5,009 nt of DNA from Octopus sinensis (taxonomy: Eukaryota), in NCBI RefSeq assembly GCF_006345805.1, contig NW_021830194.1:1-5009 (forward strand), given 5' to 3'. Position numbers and translations under genes: made by a program. The notes beneath the pieces were generated by a model, which searched no databases, was not told where the DNA came from, and worked only from the letters and a program-made list of their open reading frames with translations. This document shows, piece by piece, positions 1 to 5,009 of this stretch (position 1 is its first letter; the number at the start of each line of letters is the position of its first letter).

Positions 1-254
1 TCAAAATACATCCGGAACCTATGATGATGCGCGTGTGGTGGAAGAATTGGTGTGTTCAACAGATGTTCACTTACTTCCAGATCGATTTCGACTAATACGA
101 TTCCATGTGGAGACATACCAGGGATCTGGGTGTATTTCGAACTTATATCAAATCAAATTAACATATTATCATCATAGATAATTCTCCATGCCAGATATCC
201 GTTGACAAGGAATTAGAGATTACTGGTGTAAGATTTTAGAAATCCATAACCTTT

Positions 255-626
255 CAGGCGTGGTTGTGTGGTAATGTTTGCTTTCGAACCACATGGTTCC
301 GTGTTCGGTCCCACTGCGTGGCACCTTGGGTGTCTTCTACTAAAGCCTCGGCCCGACCAAAGCTTTGTGAGTGAATTTGGTAGACAGAGACTAAAAGAAG
401 CCCACCGTATACACATATGTATGTATATGTTTGTGTGTATTTATCCTCACCACCGCTTGACAACCGGTGTTGTTGCGTGTACGTCCTTGTAACTTAGCGG
501 TTCGACCAAAATGACCGACAGAATAAGTACCAGGCTTAAAAAAGTACTGGCGTCGATTCATTCAACTAAAAAATTCCGCAGTTTTATGACTGAAACAAGT
601 GAAAGATTAAAGATTGAAGATTAAAG
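255..626 (+). mobile_element. tRNA-derived SINE, near full length (copy 1), octopus-type; older or divergent subfamily with (AAAGATT)n-like tail
   Basis: Has a Pol III A-box-like (261-271) and B-box-like (303-311) head, and a body colinear with copy 2 (tgcgtggcaccttggg...gaagccc). It also has an internal TA/TG tract (407-444), a 3' body colinear with copies 2 and 3 (gcttgacaaccg...acttagcggttcg...atgactgaaacaagt) and a short tandem tail at about 602-626. It resembles the octopus tRNA-derived SINE families (OK/OR-type, from memory; not searched). No target-site duplication found. Confidence 0.9.
261..311 (+). promoter_or_regulatory. Internal RNA polymerase III promoter of SINE copy 1 (A box tggttgtgtgg 261-271; B box gttcggtcc 303-311)
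   Basis: Degenerate matches to the tRNA A box (TGGCNNAGTGG) and B box (GTTCRANNC), with tRNA-like spacing at the 5' end of the repeat. Both carry mismatches, so activity is doubtful. Confidence 0.65.
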
Positions 627-1154
627 TAATGATGTTCATTCGAAGAGTTTCTGTGTCTCAAGACATTGAGCCCAATAAGACATGATAGAATTTTCTCAAA
701 CCACGCTGGGTAAAAAGAAACATTGGGTAATGTAGTCCGTGATACACTATGCCTCTGAAAGCAAAAATATATGACGATCATGGTTGGGATACTTTTGGTC
801 ATTTGTTTACTCAATCAAGGATGTCTTTGGACAGAACAGTGACAATAACCAGGGCAACAACCACAAACCTAATCACAATCAATTTCTTTATTAACCATGA
901 GGTTGAGAAAAAGAGGGGACGATACGAGGACAGACAAAATAAACATTGGGGTCAAGGTATCGAATGAGACGAAACGTATCGTTACAAAGACAAGACACAA
1001 TAACGAAGAACAGGAAAAGTATAGCAGCAATATAAATTGAATTTGTTCGGTTGTAAAAAGTCTCTCAAAAGCACAAATCCAGGTACAGGTCCCAGCTTTA
1101 AATTTTGACATTTGGTCATGTGACAAGAACAGATACTGAAACTCGGGACTGGAT

Positions 1155-1305
1155 GGATAGTTGTGGTAGGAAGCTAAAAAAAAACTTGCGTGGCACCTTG
1201 GGCAAGTGTCTTCTACTATAGTCTCGGGCCGACCAAAGCCTTGTGAGTGGATTTGATAGACGGAAACTGAAAGAAGCCCATTGTATATATATGTATATAT
1301 ATATA

Positions 1306-1336
<31 letters not shown>

Positions 1337-1595
1337 CATATACATGTGTGTGTGTGTATGTATGTATGTGTATATGTTTCTATGTCTGTGTTTGTCCATC
1401 CCCCCCAACATCGCTTGACAACCGATGCTGGTGTGTTTACGTCCCCGAAACTTAGCGGTTCGGCAAAAGAGACCGATAGAATAAATACTAGGCTTACAAA
1501 GAATAAGTCCTGGTGTCGATTTGCTCGACTAAAAGCGGTGCTCCAGCATGGCCGCAGTCAAATGACTGAAACAAGTAAAAGAGTAAAAGAGTAAA
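1155..1595 (+). mobile_element. tRNA-derived SINE (copy 2), B-box region missing, expanded internal microsatellite, (GTAAAAGA)n tail
   Basis: Colinear with copy 1 from 1187 onward. Contains accttgggcaagt (1195-1207), similar to the CORE-SINE/MIR core motif. The 3' segment 1535-1590 is identical over 56 bp to 4428-4483 in copy 3, and the tail gtaaaaga-gtaaaaga-gtaaa spans 1575-1595. The 5' boundary is uncertain: about 1155 if the A-box remnant is real, otherwise about 1185. Confidence 0.92.
1283..1395. repeat. Compound microsatellite (TA)n-(TG)n-(TATG)n inside SINE copy 2
   Basis: Directly visible; it occupies the same position as the shorter tract in copy 1 (407-444). Confidence 0.95.
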
Positions 1596-2686
1596 GGCGG
1601 GTTGAGCGTTTCTCGGACTTTTTCGTTTACTAACAGTTTTTAAAGTTTCTTTGCCGAAAGTTTGCAAAATTAAATACATATGCCTATGTATTGATGCGAT
1701 TGGCTTTATTTTGCTCTTTCTTTAGCTGTTCCTGTTTTACAGCGTTAGATTGTCGCTCCAGTGCTTAACCTCCTTTTCTGGGCTTAGGAAACTGATACAT
1801 AACCGTCTCAACTGAACCAAAAGCCTTGTTCAAAGATGTGGGGATGAATACAGGCGTGCGGACGCTGTCAGAACACCTGCTGTGTCCATTCCCGCTGCTA
1901 CAGTCAACCTCATGTTTTACAACCTTTACAGTGTTCACAAAGCATTGAACAACTGTCATGGCGCTGACATTTTGATACCCGACGCGAATCATCATGATAT
2001 AGAAAACTCTTTTTCAATATTAATATGGTTTTCAGTCCACCATGTCAATTAACTTTTTCTCATCTACAAATTTAATCTTTATGCTCTCCAACGCAGAGGA
2101 CTATTCACCAATACATCAGGTTGTTCTTGAGAGAAAGAAAAAGGAGATAAAAACTAGCCAAATTTATCTCGATCACTGTATGTATACACATGTCGGTACG
2201 TACACCAAACGCTGCAAGTGTAGTGGCCCTCTCTATTGCATTGTGGAAACACTTTTAAATTTTGACAATGTCTTTTAAATTATACCCTTGTTTATTTTTA
2301 TAATTTACGTGCATAGATGGTAGATATAATTGGTTTTGTTTATTTACATTTCGAAGTCTATTATTAAAGCTGATGTTGTTCTTACGACTGAAACTAACAA
2401 GCAATTTTACAATTTTTGTTAGCTAATATTTAAATAATTGACGGAGACTACAAAATGTACAGATGCATCTGTTGTTTCACTACATTCCCATTTGCTGCTA
2501 ACACTCATGGAAAATTTTCCACCACTGCCTTCCTTGGAGAAGCACAACTTTAAACCAAAGTACGACAAGCCCTGGGGAAGAGGATATCAAGAAATCAAAG
2601 ATAAGTGAACAATGAACGAGTAGATGGAAAATAATTTTATCGTGTTATTCATATCTTTTCCAGTAAACACAAATAAGTGGTTTGCA

Positions 2687-2733
2687 ACAAGGAATATTTC
2701 CCGATTCTTAAATAATCTGGAAATATTCCTTGT
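2687..2733. repeat. Near-perfect inverted repeat/hairpin (15-bp perfect arms + 1 mismatch + 4 bp, 7-nt loop)
   Basis: acaaggaatatttcc (2687-2701) is the exact reverse complement of ggaaatattccttgt (2719-2733). gatt (2703-2706) pairs with aatc (2714-2717), and the loop is cttaaat. Confidence 0.95.
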
Positions 2734-2839
2734 AGGCATATTAAGCGTTGTTTGCTTAATGGCACTTTCTCTACAGGTATTCAAATCTAAACCTGCCAAC
2801 CTAATACCCTTGTCTCAAAAGATTTCCATTTCCTAGAGA

Positions 2840-3050
2840 ACCAGGCCATTCTTAACACGACTATTCTCAGCGATTTAGGGTTAACCAAAGGGAACGTAAA
2901 TTTTGTCAGCCACTAGAGGAAAGACTGATATGTTCCTGAAACCCTTGTCTCACTGATGGCTATCACATCTAAACCACAGGCGACGGTAAGAACCCGCAGA
3001 AGGGATTCGTTAGCCAGTTGTTTTTATTATGAAAATAATTTCATCGCCAT
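2840..3050 (-). mobile_element. Possible decayed non-LTR retrotransposon (LINE) AP-endonuclease fragment
   Basis: The minus-strand frame from 3050 reads MAMKLFS**KQLANESLLRVLTVACGLDVIAISETRVSGTYQSFL*WLTKFTF. LDVIAISETR (2943-2972) resembles the D-x-x-x-x-(S/Q)-E-T motif of LINE APE domains, with plausible spacing from an N-terminal MKLFS strand. Multiple stops are present and support is from motif memory only. Confidence 0.4.
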
Positions 3051-3393
3051 ACATTGGTAGGAAAGCCCAAGAATATTTCTCCGCTATGATGAAAGATGTG
3101 GTATTGAGTATAAGTTTGGATAAACTGAGAACAATACTTTTCCACTCCGAAGAAACCGTCTTCAGCCTCTTTAATTATGGCACCGAGCAGTAAACCGTAG
3201 CGCCCTCCGGTAGTTTTATAAGTTAAAAGTAAAGGGAAACGATTTTGCTATGGATAAGAGCTCTGGTACTACTGGTTCGTGAAAGACTTTGTTGTCATGA
3301 TGGGGCATAAGCATGGTGGTCAAATATTAAGTATGAAACAAGCTAATGCTGTTTATGTTTTATATTTGGTGTGGGTGTGTGCATTTATACGCG

Positions 3394-3401
3394 AATATAT
3401 A

Positions 3402-3440
<39 letters not shown>

Positions 3441-3484
3441 TATATATAATATATAATATATATATTATATTATATAATATAATA

Positions 3485-3535
<51 letters not shown>

Positions 3536-3702
3536 ATATATATATTACATATATATACTATATAATAATATATATATATATATATTATATATTATATATA
3601 TATATAAATATTAATATTAATAATATTATAATATATAATAATATAATATATAATATATATATATATGTATATATATATATAATATATAATATATATATAT
3701 AT
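3394..3702. repeat. Long interrupted (TA)n/(TAA) A/T-only tract
   Basis: 309 bp containing only 3 G/C bases (3548, 3558, 3667). Confidence 0.97.
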
Positions 3703-3917
3703 GGAATAAACAAGAGAGACAGAGACAGGTGGAACAAGGAAAATGCCACTTGTATTGAACACTATGCAAATATTCTTTAAAAAAAATTTTCTTTTAATTT
3801 TTCCAAAATTTAATTGTTTTCCATACTTACAGTTGACAAAGTCTCAATGCCAGAAACCGGTAATGAAATGTTTTTTATGAACTTATTTTAGCATTTTCTA
3901 TCTTGAACTTTTTTTCC

Positions 3918-3943
3918 ATATATATATATATATATATATATAT
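3918..3943. repeat. (TA)n microsatellite, about 12-13 units
   Basis: Perfect AT alternation, directly visible. Confidence 0.97.
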
Positions 3944-4255
3944 TCCTGTATTTTGGGTTGTTGTTTTTTATTGTCAAATAAACACACGCACTATATATTC
4001 GGTCTTCACTTGTTTATTGTTGTTTTTATTTTAACTCATGTGCATTGTCCGAAATCTTTTGTCACACATCTGCGACCTCTTCAGCGACACTTTTCGTCCT
4101 CGTATGCGCTCCTGCTCCGCTTACTGTATTCTGTTCTTCTATGATGTGTATCCTTATTTGTAAGATAATATTTTTATATAAAGGAATATATATAACTGGG
4201 TTTTTTTGAGGGGGTAAAATTTTTAGAATTGATCTGCTTTTGTTTTATTTCTTTA

Positions 4256-4290
4256 CTAGCACTATGACCCGGCAACGCCGGGTCATAGTG
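4256..4290 (-). mobile_element. Helitron-type 3' terminus (GC-rich hairpin followed by CTAG|T)
   Basis: The minus strand reads cactatgacccggc-gtt-gccgggtcatagtg-CTAG-T. It has a perfect 14-bp stem (4260-4273/4277-4290) with a 3-nt loop, CTAG at 4256-4259 and a following T. This matches the canonical Helitron 3' end signature. No 5' TC end or Rep/helicase sequence is identifiable. Confidence 0.55.
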
Positions 4291-4292
4291 TC

Positions 4293-4483
4293 ATATATGT
4301 CTGTGTTTGTCCCCCCAACATCGCTTGACAACCGATGCTGGTGTGTTTACGTCCCCGTAACTTAGCAGTTCGGCAAAAGACACACGATGGGCTTACAAAG
4401 TCCTGGGGTCGGTTTGCTCGACTAAAGGCGGTGCTCCAGCATGGCCGCAGTCAAATGACTGAAACAAGTAAAAGAGTAAAAGA
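4293..4483 (+). mobile_element. 5'-truncated SINE (copy 3), same subfamily as copy 2
   Basis: Starts at the tail end of the internal microsatellite and is colinear with 1381-1590 apart from short deletions. The last 56 bp are identical to copy 2. Confidence 0.92.
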
Positions 4484-4764
4484 CCACCACCACCACAGTT
4501 ACAACAAACAACACCACTTACACAACCAACACAATCACTACAACAACCACTACAACCAAAGACACCACCACTACAACAACCACCTATACAACAACCACCT
4601 CTACAGCAACTGCCACCACTACAGCAACCACCTTATACTACGGCACTAATACTACAACGTCAACCACAATACCAGCCGCTACCATCACAACGACAGCCAC
4701 CACTGCCGCAACAATCACCACAACAACCACCACTACTACTACCGCTACCATACCACCTAACTGA
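4483..4764 (+). repeat. Degenerate ACN trinucleotide low-complexity tract (reads as a Thr-rich frame)
   Basis: 3-bp periodicity is held without frameshift for 93 codons, 60 of which are ACN, ending in TGA at 4762-4764. Confidence 0.85.
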
Positions 4765-4860
4765 CCGTTTCCTTGAACTTCATTTATATTCTTTCGCTTC
4801 ATTGATTTACCCAAATCATCCTGATTTGTAACAACAGCTATCACAATCACCATCATACCG

Positions 4861-5009
4861 CTTCACCTTCTACTCCTTCCTCTTCCTTCTTCGTCGTCTT
4901 CTTCTTCTTCTTCTCCTTCTTTTTCTTCTTCTCCTCCTTCTTCTTCTTCTCCTTCTTCTTCTTCTTCTTCTTCTTCTTCTTCTTCTTTCTCCTTCTTTTT
5001 TCTTCTTCT
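4861..5009. repeat. (TTC)n/(CTT)n polypyrimidine microsatellite, runs off the window end
   Basis: Directly visible; interrupted by occasional CTC/TTT units. Confidence 0.95.

Noticed and set aside
213-492. ORFs 213-416 (-), 254-463 (-), 268-492 (+)
   Set aside because: They lie almost entirely within SINE copy 1 and its microsatellite; chance open frames.
584-967. ORFs 584-814 (-) and 749-967 (+), plus a signal-peptide-like MTIMVGILLVICLL in another frame
   Set aside because: Short, with no recognisable motif or supporting splice structure; the first ends within the SINE tail.
869-1411. Longest ORF (180 aa, minus strand)
   Set aside because: It starts inside antisense SINE copy 2 and runs through the TA microsatellite (YIYIY), which lacks stops in that frame; not a credible gene.
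1592-1600. taaaggcgg right after the copy 2 tail matches an internal SINE 9-mer
   Set aside because: Too short to distinguish a template jump from chance, and it partly overlaps the A-rich tail.
1243-1679. ORFs 1243-1455, 1346-1594, 1494-1679
   Set aside because: Translations of SINE copy 2 and its microsatellite.
2042-2278. 78-aa plus-strand ORF
   Set aside because: No recognisable motif, AT-rich, and of a length expected by chance.
2459-2472. Perfect 14-bp palindrome acagatgcatctgt
   Set aside because: Only 7 independent base pairs; about 0.3 expected per 5 kb by chance.
2587-2836. Overlapping opposite-strand 70-aa ORFs sharing TRNISR/EIFLV
   Set aside because: The shared peptides arise from the inverted repeat at 2687-2733, not from protein homology.
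2806-2952. 12-bp direct repeat acccttgtctca at 2806 and 2941, and looser similarities between about 2625-2700 and about 3030-3080
   Set aside because: One 12-mer repeat is expected by chance in 5 kb, and the neighbouring matches are not colinear.
3764-3771. Octamer motif ATGCAAAT
   Set aside because: A single 8-mer in AT-rich DNA with no promoter context.
3953-4144. 63-aa ORF and a locally CpG-richer patch at about 4045-4130
   Set aside because: No recognisable product and no convincing splice pair; insufficient evidence to call.
255-4483. Repeated segments considered as a CRISPR array or a tRNA gene
   Set aside because: The repeats are long, dispersed and irregularly spaced SINE copies. 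The tRNA-like head has promoter boxes but no complete cloverleaf.
4335-4856. ORFs 4335-4649 (+, His/Asn-rich) and 4638-4856 (-, Val-rich)
   Set aside because: Alternative-frame read-outs of SINE copy 3 and the ACN repeat.

Overview
AT-rich eukaryotic non-coding DNA (intron or intergenic), most likely from an octopus or other coleoid cephalopod. That assignment rests on my recognition, from memory, of the interspersed repeat. No protein-coding gene can be called with confidence, and most ORFs in the supplied track are artefacts of repeats. The window holds three co-oriented (+) copies of a tRNA-derived SINE with an internal TA/TG microsatellite: near full length at 255-626, B-box-deleted at about 1155-1595, and 5'-truncated at about 4293-4483. 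It also holds a 309-bp almost pure A/T tract, a short (TA)n, a degenerate ACN trinucleotide tract and a terminal (TTC)n tract. Features the SINEs do not explain include a Helitron-type 3' terminus (14-bp hairpin plus CTAG) fused to SINE copy 3, a 47-nt near-perfect hairpin, a decayed LINE endonuclease-like motif, and a few unverified exon-like or coding-like islands. I found no convincing evidence of a new multi-component biological system.
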